Below are positions 51,527 through 64,000 of a stretch of DNA of 64,000 nt, piece after piece. The stretch is from Blepharisma stoltei ATCC 30299. Lineage: Eukaryota; Protista; Ciliophora. The notes beneath the pieces are model-generated. The model searched no databases. It was not told the DNA's origin and saw nothing but the letters and a program-made list of their open reading frames with translations. The position numbers were made by a program, and so were the translations under genes. Position 1 is the stretch's first letter. Every line of letters starts with the position of its first letter. The stretch lies in NCBI GenBank assembly GCA_965603825.1, contig CBFDEM010000007.1, positions 62,001 through 126,000 on the forward strand, in the 5' to 3' direction.

Positions 51527-52564
51527 TTAGTGTAATATTGCTTTTTTTGAATTATAAATAGCTAAAAGCTGATCAGCTATTTCGATTAGCTTTTCATTGC
51601 TCTTAGATTTAATAAAGGAAAGATAAAAGAATAGTTTTTTCCTTATATTCTGAATTTTCTTGTTGCCTTTTCTGCCCTTCATAAATTGAGAAATTTGTTC
51701 AAGTCCAAAAAATTCATATAAACTGAGAAGACATTTCACAATATGAGACTTGTGTTTAAAAATCAAAAATAAATCATATATAATGGCTAAATTGAGCCTT
51801 TTCGCGACTTCATTATCATGAATCATAGCATTTTCTATTGCTTTGTATACAGAAGTCTCCAAACTTGAAATTTCATGATGGATTTCCCCACTAAGCACAT
51901 CTGAAATTTCTAATAAAAGGCTGCACATATCACTTTCATTATATTCTGTATCCCCATTATAGGATCTTCAAACATAAGCAAAGCTCCACAAGGCATTTGC
52001 AATATGAAAAACAATCTCATTCGAAGGGCTTTTGCAAAGAGCAGTAATCGGTGGCAGACTATTATAAATTGATTTCCATGAATCTGCAGTAATCTCAGCG
52101 ATATCAGGATTTTGAGGATTTTCTTCCAGCCATCAAGGCTTCCATTCTTCTATATATTTAAGCAAGTTTCCGTTCTTAATATCATTTTCAAAGCACTGGA
52201 TCTCTGCCTGCGTTAACTCAATATTTTCTTGCTTTTCGTCTATCTGGCTTTCAATGATTTCTAATCTTTTTTCTTGTTCTTCAGTCAGGCACTCTAAATC
52301 GAGGTCTTTTCCTTGTTCGTTTACTGAGGCTAAAATTTTGTGGAATTTTGAGATTTCTTCTTTGGATGGCTTTTTGTTTTTGAGTCCATTGAGGACTTGT
52401 TCTTGGTAGAAATTTTCTGTGCATTCTAAATTGTGAGACTGATAACATCTGAGAGAACAATATGGGATTTTGCATTGAGGGCATATATATTTGGCATTTT
52501 TTCTGTTGCAGTATAAGCAGAGACAGTCAAGAAGACCAAAAGTTTGTGTGCTTGATTTTATCAT
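51527..52564 (-). CDS. ZNHIT2: Zinc finger HIT domain protein, ZNHIT2-like, 345 aa
   Basis: CxxC...YxCPxCxxPYCSLxCYQSH..CTENFY zf-HIT motif. Reading TGA as Trp joins two track ORFs and yields the WKPWW and AYVWRSYNG motifs typical of ZNHIT2. Confidence 0.8.
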
Positions 52565-52822
52565 ATTGATAAAAATATAATAATGGGATATTGTATAAAG
52601 AAGCAGCCTGTGGATTTAAAGATTTATCTTATTAGGCTGAAAGATGATATTTTGAACTGTGATTTAAATTATTCTTTAATTTTCAGAGGAAGAATTTTAA
52701 TTGAAATAGATAAAGCTAAATAAACATATTTTTAGAGTGCAGTTAATCAGAATCAAGCTTATTACTCCCTCTAATTTATGATCAATTACCTCTAAAAAGG
52801 GGATTTAATTATTTAAAACTAT

Positions 52823-53524
52823 ATGAGCAAAACTCAATTCATCGATCTTACAGACGACCCTATAGATAGGTCAGAGCCAAAAAAACGAAAGCCGTCATCC
52901 CCTAAGTCTCCTAAATTTTCTGGACCTCCTGCCTCTCCCAAAGGCTCTAAATCTCCTCCATCATCTGAACCTCCTGCTTCTAAAAAAAGATCTCCTAAAG
53001 AAGGCAAAAAATCTAACAAAAAACCCAAGCCCAAGCCAGAAAAGCCTGCTCCAACCCCAAAGCCTGACATAAGAGAATCATTAATGATAAAATCATTAAT
53101 AAAACCAGGCTCAATTTCAGACCGAATCAAAAGTTTATACACAAAACCCCAGATTCCTCCTGACGCCCAAGTAACTGAATTAGAAGACATGGACAATTTA
53201 AAGCCTCAGCAGCCTCCACTAAACGAAAATGTGCCTGGAAATAAAAAAAGTACAGAAAAAAGCGTAAAATCCAAACCTTTAGAACCGAATTTGCCTTCAA
53301 ATAAATTGGACGATAGCTCATTTACAAGCAAGCCCCCTAAAAAAATTGGAGATTTAGGTCTCAGAATATTCGATAAAGAGCTTGAAGGCAGCCCAGTAGA
53401 TAAGCTGCTGAAATGAAATTCCTCGATCAGCTCTGACAGGGTGGATATAGAAATCCCTAAAAAACGAGCTAGAAGTCTGGAAGAGGGGATTGAAGGAAAT
53501 TTTAGCAGCGATATATTAATTTAA
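52823..53524 (+). CDS. Pro/Lys/Ser-rich, probably disordered nuclear protein, 233 aa
   Basis: Extends through TGA 53414 to TAA 53522-53524. N-terminal FIDLTDD resembles a SUMO-interacting motif and PKKRK resembles an NLS. Confidence 0.75.
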
Positions 53525-53563
53525 TATATATAAATCAATGATATTTATAATAAAATTTACAGA

Positions 53564-53871
53564 TTAGTTCTTTTCAGATGCTAAAAGCAAATAATTGATT
53601 TCAATTTGCTTTAATTTCTTCTTTTTTAAATCGAATTTGTAATAGTAATACATGCTCAGCTGGCATATACTGAAATATATACATTATTTTGATTATATAT
53701 AGGAGAGAATTGTAAGTTAATTCCGCTGATATCTAGGTTTTTGAGAATTTACACTATTTTTGAGTAAGTATGCAATGTAAATGGTGATACTTTTTCAACT
53801 ATTTCCTCATCATCGTTGTGCTTCCTTTTTCTATTTTGCTTTGGATCAATGCAAGCGGGACTAATATCCAT
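53564..53871 (-). pseudogene. Internally deleted, inverted relic of a kelch-family paralog
   Basis: Minus strand gives MDISPAC...; NLQFSPIYNQNNVY; then after a frameshift YYYKFDLKKKKLKQIEINY, matching NGQFSATYFRGSIY...YYYKFDLDMK...SNY at the end of 54005-55153. Confidence 0.5.
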
Positions 53872-54004
53872 TTTATTAAATTGCACAAAATATGTAAAAT
53901 CCTAATTTTTTATTTGAAGAAGCTATATATAAAGTAACACAGACTTATAAATTAGAATTACTAAGGAAGATATAGAGAGAATTTTTTATGGAGTAAGCAA
54001 AAAA

Positions 54005-55153
54005 ATGAGACTATTTAAGAAAAAACTGAATATAATAATTGAAGGAATTGGAAAATGCATAACCATGTCAACGTCTGATGATATTATTTATTACGAAAAC
54101 CATATAAAATCTCAGATAAAAGATGAAATAAAACCATTTATCGCCTACTTTACTATATGGATTCATAGATTCAATACCAATTCCTCTTGAAAATCTGCCC
54201 TGAGCAAAAATGTGGAGTCAATAAATCATTATCGATTATATGTCAAAAAATACATAATTTTTCTCAGGGATATAAATGCCATTGATAAAAAATTCGAAAA
54301 TATCAAAAAAATGAGCACATTTTATAATAGTCCATTTTTATATCAGATTTCTAGATTTTGGGCAGGTATGTGCTCTTTCTACACGTATAATATTGAGACA
54401 CAAGAAGATAAATTCAAAGAGCTCAGTACAGACCGAGACTTTGGCGTCCATTCCGTCCTCGTTTTGCTCCCTGACAATAGACTTTTCATTTTTGGAGGCC
54501 CAAGAAAGACAAGCTCTGGAGTTGCCCGCATCATTGATTTAGCCACTTTTCGAATAAAACGCCTTGGCAAATTAATTCCACGGCAAGACCCAGGAGCTCT
54601 CTATTATCAAAATGCTATTTATATATTCGGAGGCTTCACAAAAAGAAATCGACACAATTTACTAGTACAGAAGTATGATTTTTCACGAAAAAGATGAATG
54701 GTATTGATGAATTTGCCTAAAAAATCGGATTTCTGTGTATGTGCACCATTTATAAATGGAATCTTAATAAGTGGTTTTTTGCATAAATGCATATATAGAT
54801 ATGACATTAATTTGGGAAATTATATAAAAGTTTATAAAGAGAACGAAATATTTGAATGGGATAAAGTAATGTTTACTGCAAGATACAGGGTTTATTTATT
54901 TGTTATTAACACTGGAATTTATGAAAGCGAATATTGGAATGAATTTAATTGAAATAAAATTGCGAATGGTGCTATGTCTCAAAAAAGAAGCAATGGGCAA
55001 TTTTCAGCGACTTATTTTAGAGGGTCTATTTATTATCATTATGCAGATATAGAGTGCAAATACTACTATAAGTTTGATTTAGATATGAAGGTGCAGGAGA
55101 GATTCTTAAAGTCCAATTATAGAAAGTTAAAGTTAATTGAAGATGATTCATAG
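54005..55153 (+). CDS. Kelch-repeat beta-propeller protein, about 382 aa (5' end uncertain)
   Basis: Three track ORFs are in one frame separated only by TGA, ending at TAG 55151-55153. LFIFGG, IYIFGG and VQKYDF.RKRW kelch motifs, the last Trp being TGA. Confidence 0.8.
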
Positions 55154-56658
55154 AAACCAAAAGCTTTATTATCAATAAAATAACTGAAAAAATTAATTTA
55201 TTTAGTTTATCGAAAAATAAAATTTATATTTCTTCCATTATATCTTTTTGATTAATTTAATTAAGGGAATGGTAAAAATTAATAGACATAGGTTAGAATT
55301 GTCTTTCAGCGGCATGATTATTTGAATATAAAGTAATGATTGTAAATTCTCATAAGGATCTAAAGCAAAATAATTCATTGTAATAAAAAATAAAAGCTTT
55401 ATTTTTTTGAAAAGTGCCAAAATCTAAAGGTAAATGATAAAATTGATAAAAATATAAATTTGAAGTCATATTTGCATGAAAAATTGCTTCCTTCAAAAAG
55501 CGGTTGAGTTTTATGCTATCATTTAGTTAAATATAAAATTAATAAAGAATTTGACCCTAAGCTGCGTGGGCATTTAGCTTACTTCCCAAAAATGAATGTC
55601 AAAGCGTTTCAGCCATCTATGTGGCCTTTGTCCATAGAGAAATCCATGTAGGTGTATGAGTTGTACTGATGGCACTACCTTTATTATAAAGCTTATATCA
55701 ATTGAATGAAAGATAGATTGCTCTACTTTTTATTTTTCATATAATCTTTTCAAATCATCCTTATTGAAGGCTAGTTTTTAGCAGCATTTATTTGAGGGTT
55801 CTATTCGATTTTAGAGGTTGTAAACTTTGTGAAAACTATTCCTAAAATATCATATATAAACTTAAAAATAATTTGGCTGTCAAAATCATACAAAACTAAT
55901 AAAATTATTAATCAAGTTTAATAAAGCTTTTACGCGATAATTAAAAATAAAATTTATCATTATTTAGAAACACGGGGAATTCAACATGAGTTCGTCCTTA
56001 ATATTAGCGAAAGACTGGTAGCATCTACCTATCTTAGGCTGAATCATATTTAGCAGATGATGGTTTGTTTATAGCCAATGAACCCTGAGGCATAACTCAC
56101 AGCTATACTCATGGGCACCTGCCTTCCCTTTATTCTTTATTAGAGGATATTATGTATAATCCTAATGACGATAGCTAAATGTGCTCTTTCCAGTTCCATA
56201 TCTAAAGAAAAGTCCTATACTTCCTATAAGGGATCTGTGGCACAAGAAAACTCTCTTAAATGAATACATTAACAACTCACTTATATCTCAATTTAGCTCC
56301 TCTTGGCTTCCACACAAGAGGCTAGGTGGTTGTCTCCATCATATTAATGCATTTTATGATAATCAAAATAATAATTTTATAAAAATAAGCATCATCAATG
56401 GCTAGAATCCGATAGACTACAGTTTATCGCAAACTTTAATATTTAGCTATCCTGATATTCAAAATTGAAGGACAAATATAAGACTCTATTTAGTTTTATA
56501 CTTATTATAAAGAAATCTCAACATAAAAAGCTGCCACTTTTCATCAATTTTCAAGATAAAGCTGCCAGTCAATTAGTTAAAAATCTTAAAATAGCTTAAA
56601 ACCATAATATCTTTTTAAGTGGTTACAGATATTTAGCTGGCATTTTATTCAGTATAAA

Positions 56659-59600
56659 ATGTTTCCTGGAGTATTAGTTTTATTAGCCTTTATTGTTCTA
56701 GCCAGCACAAATTCCCAGGAATTAGCTTCTAGGATGAATATTTCAGAATACATTATTGGTTATTCTCAAGAACCAATAGCTTCTCAGGCGTCTTCTTTAC
56801 TTCCTAATCGAGTCCTTCAAAACTGCTATTTAGGCTGTGCTACCTGCACAGATACATATTTTGATAGTTGCACAATTTGCCAGTCGACATACAATTATCA
56901 TAACGGCCAGTGTTTAAAGGAATGCCCAACTGGATATATTGCGACTCTTACGACTTCTTGAGATTGCATTTTGTTGTCAAGTTTGCTTTTTGATATACCT
57001 TTTAATAAAATTGAAGGATATTTCAACATTCTCAGTGATAGCATGACATTAATTTGCGGAAATAGTCCCTATCAATTTTATCCAAACTATGACAATAATG
57101 ATCCATATCCGACGAAAAATAGTGGGTATTATTTTGACCCAACTAAGTCATATATGCAGATGCCACCAAACAGCTGGTCCTCAACGAATTTTATATTGAA
57201 TATTCAGCATACTATTTCATTTTGAACGTGAAGAAATCCAAATACTAACCTGGATCAAGATGTAGTATTTTCCAAATCGAAAGACTTTGTAAGTTATGAA
57301 TGGTCTATCACTTTATCATCAACTACAATATCCTATATGTTTAATGCAGTTGGAGATCAGGGATATAATTCACAATATGAACTCCCCTTTTCGATCAATG
57401 ACCCCAGGTCAGCTTGAAGCTCGTTTACATTTGCAATGGCTCATTCCTCAGGTGCATATTCTCTTTCCCTTTACCAAAATGGGGTATTTAATTCAGTGCA
57501 ATCTGCTAATAGTCCAGGAGGGAAATTTTGATGGGACCCTGAAAAACCATTCATAATAGGATTTAATAGCGAAACTTTGGTTGGGTTTGACGGTTGGATT
57601 GCAGAAATTTCAGTTTATTCAGTTTTTATTACAGATCCTCAACTTTTTTTGCTAGATTGCATAGCTTCAAGTAGCTGCTTCTCCAGTTGTCTGCTTGGCA
57701 GTTTCTTATATAGTAATTGATGCGCGAGCTGCGGTTCTTCTTGCTCTCAGACTTGCCTATATACAGATCGATGCAGTTTGTGCTATAGCGCTAGTTGTAA
57801 ATACTGCAATGGATTTAGCTCAAGCGAGTGCCTGACATTTACTTGTGTTTATGGGTGTACTAAGTGTTCAGATTCATTATTTTACACCTGCGAAGCTTGC
57901 AATACAAATCTAGGCTTATATGCCCACAAGGGGGTGTGCGTTAATCACTGCCCGGAGCAATATTCTGCTCAAAGCGGAAGCTGCACAGGTGGAATAAATT
58001 GAAGAAATATCTATGATTTTACATTGGACTCTTTAGCAGGAGCTCCAATATATTATGATCATTGATCTACAACTTATGGCTTAACTCCAAGCAAACTATA
58101 CCCAGAATTAAATCCGATTCCAAGTTATGATAGAGGGTTTTATTTTACAGGAAGCAATGATTGCTATTTGACCACAACTAGTGATATCGTCTTTGATTTA
58201 GATCATAGTCATTCGTTCTGGATCAGGACAGCCGATTCTAACTCTCAAACACTTATTCATAAATGAAATAGTGACAGCTCTGCGGAATTTAGCCTTATAC
58301 TTTACATAGTAGGTTTTTGGCCATGAATTTCTATTCGATTGAATACTCCTGACTCCAGCTCCTCTTCAGCCGAAACAACCTATGATGTCTTAGAAAATAA
58401 CTATCCAATTGAGAAAGATGTCTGGATTATTTTTACTCTAATCATTCGATTTATCCGAGGATCGACCTTCTACAATCTTTGCATTTATGACTCTTGCAAG
58501 GGGCTTACTAGGATAACAAACGGATTTTTTAGTGACATGTCATCTAAAGCGATTTATGGCGCAAGCTTACAAGGAGGTGTCTATTCAAATCCCTTCCATG
58601 GCTTCATGTATCGAATTTTATATTACTCCTATGATGTAAGCTCTACGGACCTTGCTATTTTATTTTTAAAAACTTGTACTGGTTGTGATTATTGCACAGG
58701 TACTGGAAAGTGCCTAGGAACTTGTGATTGGAACTTTTATTTAGATACAGGATCGGGAAGCTGCAAATCCTGCCTAAGTTCATGCCAATATGGCTGTATA
58801 AATGGCGATAATTGTAGTTTATGCAAAGCCAATGCATGCCAACAATGCTCTAGTTTTTATACATCTTCTTGTGATACTTGTTACACTGCTACATATTGAG
58901 ATGGTGTAAAGAATTGCGTCTGTCTAAATGGACATGATTTCGACTATGAAAAACTTGAATGCAAAAATCCTTGCTTTTCATTGTGCACCTCATGCAATGG
59001 ATTGCAGATGAGCCAATGCACAGCCTGCAAGTCTGAATATAAACTATATAATGGCTTCTGTGTATTGAACTGCCCATTAGGCTATATAAATAATCAATCA
59101 GTATGCGAGCTCCAATCATCAGCGCTTTATATCTCTTATAAGTTCAATCAAATTTTAAACCCTCAATATGATTCAATAAGTGCTTACCCTATAAGTTTAG
59201 GTAGTGATAGTCGTTATTACCCTGATTATGGCTCAGATAATCCATGAACTCTTCCTAATAGAGGACTTTGGTTCCGAGAAAACTCTCTTGCTTCAATTAA
59301 GCCGCCAGAAGCCGATCCGTCAGATAGGATAACTCTCGGCTTAAGTCAAAACATTGACTTGTGGACAATGATTAGTCCTCAAGATATTAATGGAGCAATT
59401 CTTGCTGTGTATACTACTGACTCATATCTTTTGCTTATACAATGCTATCAGACTTCTTCAGGCTACTCTTTTGAAGCTTGCTATAACGTAACAAACGAAT
59501 ATGACAGCTCAACAGTCAAATACTGCTTGCAAAGTTCGAGCTATACCTATAATAATTGGCAAAGGGTGGTTCTATCTTATTCTTATTCAGCATACATATC

Positions 59601-62600
59601 AAAAGCCAGCCTTTTTGTGAACGTAGACAAAGTTGACTCATGGACTCATGGCGATGCAATTTATAAAGAAAATTATGAATATAAGTTTGGCTTAGGGACA
59701 TGAAATTCTCAGCTGTCTTTTAGTGGGTGCATTTATTCCTTAAAAATTCGCAATTTTGGCGCAGAATCAATTCCTATATGGTCATCTACTTGTGGCTACC
59801 CTTTTTGCACTGGGGATGGGGAAGGACTTATAAATTGTATGTCGAATGAGTATTATGATAGTGCTGATAAGAGCTGTAAAGCATGTGACCAAAGCTGTAG
59901 TATTGGTTGTGCTAGAGGCAACTCATGCAGTTTGCATGAAAATCCACTGTGCTACAGCTTTTCTAGCTACGAATTTGCCAAGTGCATCGAGTGCAAAATA
60001 AACGCTATTAACACACCTCCATGTACTTGCAGCGATACTTTTGAGTATGACCCTGTTTCTGAATCTTGTGCATGTCCAAAAGATTATCAATTACTCAATG
60101 GGAATTGCATAGCTTGCTTCAGGTACTTACAACCAACTGAAATAAAAGCATATTTTACGTCAACTTTTGTGAGAATAATTTTTGAGCTTGGCATACCTAT
60201 CGATACTACAAATCTGGACTGTGAGAAGATCTTTCCAACAAATGTCCTATCAAAGTTCGGAAATAGATATTTATGCTATTTTAATTTAGAAGCCACAAAG
60301 ATAATAATAGACCTTGGTGATGAATTCACTATTGAAAATGAGCCAATAGAAATCATCAAAGGAGCATTAAAAGGAAAAAACGCAGAGTGTGGGCACTTTT
60401 TATATGATTTAAATATCGATTTAGACTACTCTGTTCCTTCACTATACCCATCAGCCAAAATTGATGCCCCAAACACTGTTCTCTACAATTGTGAGGATCT
60501 TTCGATTTCAGGGCATAAGTCTACAGGACATATCAAGTCAAGCTTATATTATAAATGAAACATAACATCAGAGCCAAGCATCCCTGCTTTGCTGAACTAT
60601 AATACAGACTTCCTAAAAGAAGCAACAGGATTTACCATACCAAAAACTGATCTATCAACTGCAAAAATCACTATTTCGCTGACTGTAAAAAATAGATTTG
60701 GAAATGAGGATACTACTTCTCTAGTAGTAGAGGCAGTTTCTGATGAAATTTCTATGAATTTTGACAGAGCAATTGACTATCAAACACTATATACTGATTA
60801 TGCAGAATACGCGATTGGCTCAATCTCATCTTGCAGCTTACTTCAAGGCGCAAATTTCACGTGAAAGCTGTTAAGTGCTGTTGGTAATTATTCAAAAATA
60901 GACGAAAATAGTCTTTGGGGCAGCCAAACAGCCCAAGCAACTTTAAATCTTCCTCAAAGAAGTCTTTCTCCTCGCTTAAACGCAACATTTTCAATAGAAG
61001 CATTTGACTCATCTTCAAATTTGCAAGGCAGAAGCACGCTTGATATCACAATAAAAGCTGCTAACCCATACATCGAATTTTCGCGAGCAAGTGGCAGCGC
61101 AGACACGCGCCATCCTATTTTTATTAACGCTAGTCTTAGCTATGATCCTAACGAAAGAAAGCCTCTTGAATTTGAGTGGGCTTGCTCTTTTGAGAATTCC
61201 ACTGACTGCAGTTCTGTTATTTCTGACCCAACTTTGCCAAACTTGACTTTACCTGCAGATTCATTAGCTCAAGGACAAATATATGAATTTACACTGACAT
61301 GTCTACTCGAACTAGGTTCCAGGAGGCAACTAAGTTCGGTCTTCTCACAGAATTTGTTTGATAAAGGGTATAATAGACATTTGAGCAATGAGTTTGTACA
61401 ATCTCAAAAAATCATAACACTGAGCACTTTGAGCTATGAAATTCCTGCGGTTAGTATAACTAATCCTCTGACTGGATCTCAGCCAGATATATTCTCGCTA
61501 AACTCTCCATTAAGATTTGAAGCCTCAATTACTAGTGACTCAAAAAAATCTTATTCCTATACATGAAGTATCCCTGGAAGCGAAAACGTTGAATTCTTAA
61601 CTCCTCAGGGTCAGCTATTTCTTTCCATAAGCCCAGATTCCTTAAGTCCTGGGCAGAGCTATACCCTTCTCTTAAGTGTCTCAGATGGTAAATTAAATTC
61701 ATATTTTGAATACAAATTTTACTCGAACTCTCCTCCATATTCAGGAACTTTTAACGTAACCCCGACATCCGGCATTGAGCTGAAAACTTTTTTCAAGATG
61801 GAAGCCCTTGAATGGGTTGACGACGAAAGCAATTATCCACTTTATTATTCTTATGGATACGTCGCTGAAAACAGCGACATCTACTTGAATTTCAAAAATC
61901 AGAGCTCAACACATTATTCTACGTTTCCTTATTTAGGAAACGAACTAGAAGTTTTTATAGTTATTTATGACAGTTTAGGAGCTTACACAAGAAAAACAAG
62001 CTCAATCAGTATTTCACAGAATCTTATCTTTAACCAGACAGAGCTTTTTATAAGCTACAAGGACTTTGCAAACGCAGAAACTTCAAACCCGCAAGTGTTC
62101 CCTTGGATCATATCTACGCTATGTAACTCAATTCTCAATCGAGATTATTACTTAAAAGGAAAATATAGAGAGCCTTCTCCTTCAGACCTGCAGCTGTGAC
62201 AAAATGTTGTCCAATTCACTATAGAATCAATTGATTTTTTAATAGAAATTAGCCAATTTGATAGCCAGTCCATTTCTGTTTTTTCCTGCTTATTAGGTGT
62301 GGTATCTGCTAACCCTTATTTGCATATCAGCTCTCTAGAAAATAAAGTTTTTCTAATTATTGATGAGATCTTTAATAGTATTTCAAGCTCTCAAGCCCTT
62401 TATGAGCAGCAAATTAATGACTATTTTAAAGTGATTGACCAAGTCTATCAATATAACTCCACAACTCTTGTTGTTAAGAATCGAGAACTTGCAGCTGCAG
62501 TACAGTCTACAAATAAGATCCAAAGTGCTACCCTTTCACAGATGGTATTGAACGAAAACAAGGAATCAAAAATGACGAATATAGGGGTCACTATGGCAGT

Positions 62601-64000
62601 AATGAAAGCAAATGATTTAAATGGATATCAGCTTAACTCAACTGGCAGAAATGCTTCAGTGCTCTTTCCAGACGATTTTACAGCAATGCTTGCAGACGCG
62701 ACAAATGAAACAATTGTGGACATCGCAATGATGGTTCTCGACTGCCCAAATGACCCCAATAGTATATCATCCTCAGTTGTAGATATAAGTATATACGGTC
62801 ATAAATCCCGAGAAAAAATTAGCGTCAATTCTACATCCTCACGGATCTTGATTCAAATCCCTGTTTGGAATGCGAAATATTCTAACTATACTCCTCAATG
62901 TGTCTTTTTGGACACAAAATCAATGAACTGAAGCACAGAAGGATGTATTAAATACAAAAGTGATTCACAAAGTGTGACTTGTAGCTGCAGCCACCTTACA
63001 ACCTTTACAGTACTTAATGCAGCTAGTTCATCCATAGTAAATTCCAATATTGGAGATACTTTCAATGCTAATGCATGGCTATCGCTGAATGCCACAAATG
63101 CGGCTGGCTTGTATTTTTGTATCGCAACTTTGATTATATATGGAATTTTAGGGGTTTTAGCTATAAATAGAGATAGAAAAATAGAAAAGGAAGAGGAAAA
63201 CAGAAGAATAAAACTGAAGGGGACACCAAAGAAGATTAATAAAGTAGCAACTAAATTTGGAAATTCTTCAGGGAAAATTGGAGATGAAAGTCCTAAGAAG
63301 CCATCCAAAAAATCATGCTGGCCTTGGAAAAAATCAGATCGAGAATATAAAGAACAGAAAAGCGCATCTTTTGTTACTCCAAAAGAAGTATTTGTTTATA
63401 GCTTTTCTGAGGATAGCCTCAATAGAAGCACTGAGGATACAGATGAAAATGCTCGATTTAAGAAATTAATCTGGTATTTTGCAAAAAAGCATGAACTTTT
63501 CAGTATCTATTTGGTAAGAGATCCATATCTGACCAGTCTCAGCAGGATCACATTATTTTTCCTTGCACTTTTAGGACAAATGTTTTTCATGGGCATGTTT
63601 TATCAAAATTCTGATTCTTCAAGCGAAAACGTGTACTACAACTCGTCTAGTCCAACAAATAGCACAATATCGAATAATGATGATAATTCATCAGTCAATT
63701 ACAGCTGGACCGATTTCTGGATTATGGTTTGGTCTTCTCTATTTATGATTATCATAACTACCCTTCTTAATTTTCTTCTAAAAGAAAAGCTGGTTGAAGA
63801 CCAAATGACTGAAATGCAATACAAGAGAATTAAGCGGCAGAATAAAATTAAACGAATAGTAGGGCTCATTTTAGCATGGGGCTTTATGATTTATTTTTGC
63901 TGGAGCATTGTCCTCTTTGCCATTCAGTTTAATGAATCAGTTAGCAGAACTTGGGTTCTCAACGTAGGGGTTGGGTATATAGTCAATATTTGTTTTACAT
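56659..64000 (+). CDS. Giant polycystin/PKD-REJ-like membrane receptor (signal peptide, Cys-rich furin-like repeats, three LamG/ConA-like domains, REJ/PKD region, GPS, multiple TM helices); 3'-partial, more than 2,440 aa
   Basis: Eleven track ORFs share one frame broken by TGA. GPS motif CVFLD....WSTEGC......CSCSHLTTF at about 62900-63006; INASLSYDP...FEWAC REJ/PKD motif; HELFSIY...SRITLFF...MFFMGMFY resembles polycystin TM2. Confidence 0.85.

Noticed and set aside
55560-56400. Possible decayed Cys-rich gene fragments upstream of the giant receptor
   Set aside because: Only scattered Cys codons, with no alignable frame by eye.
1-64000. Prokaryotic (Mycoplasma-like) origin, selenoprotein readthrough, CRISPR arrays, tRNA/rRNA genes, telomeric repeats
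   Set aside because: Spliceosomal introns and eukaryotic gene families exclude a bacterial origin, TGA aligns with Trp rather than Cys/Sec, and no such arrays or RNA genes were recognisable by eye.

Overview
AT-rich eukaryotic DNA, most likely a heterotrich ciliate macronuclear contig (best fit Blepharisma). Two things point there: UGA is read as Trp throughout, and three genes need 15-nt GTAAT...TAG introns, so the supplied standard-code ORF track fragments the real genes. Bases 1-49,100 are a tandem array of a large Ser/Thr-rich surface-protein family. It has one near-full-length copy (39116-45896, about 2,260 codons, signal peptide plus GPI-type tail, with a short frame-disrupted patch near 43930-44025) and four upstream copies that all break off at nearly the same mid-gene codon and lack an in-frame anchor. 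The copies share a near-identical N-terminus, carry two divergent central types, and show patchwork mosaicism, which resembles a cassette and gene-conversion surface-variation locus. The spacers hold six decayed Glu/Lys-rich pseudogenes, older relics of the C-terminal half, a small winged-helix-like gene family with a shared tiny intron, and three direct-repeat-flanked insertions (311, 1,631 and about 389 bp). From 49,600 onward are ordinary genes: PLAC8-like, a hypothetical protein, ZNHIT2-like, a Pro/Lys-rich protein, a kelch protein with an inverted relic, and a giant Cys-rich/LamG/REJ/GPS polycystin-like receptor that runs off the window. All alignments were done by eye, and repeat and relic boundaries are approximate.
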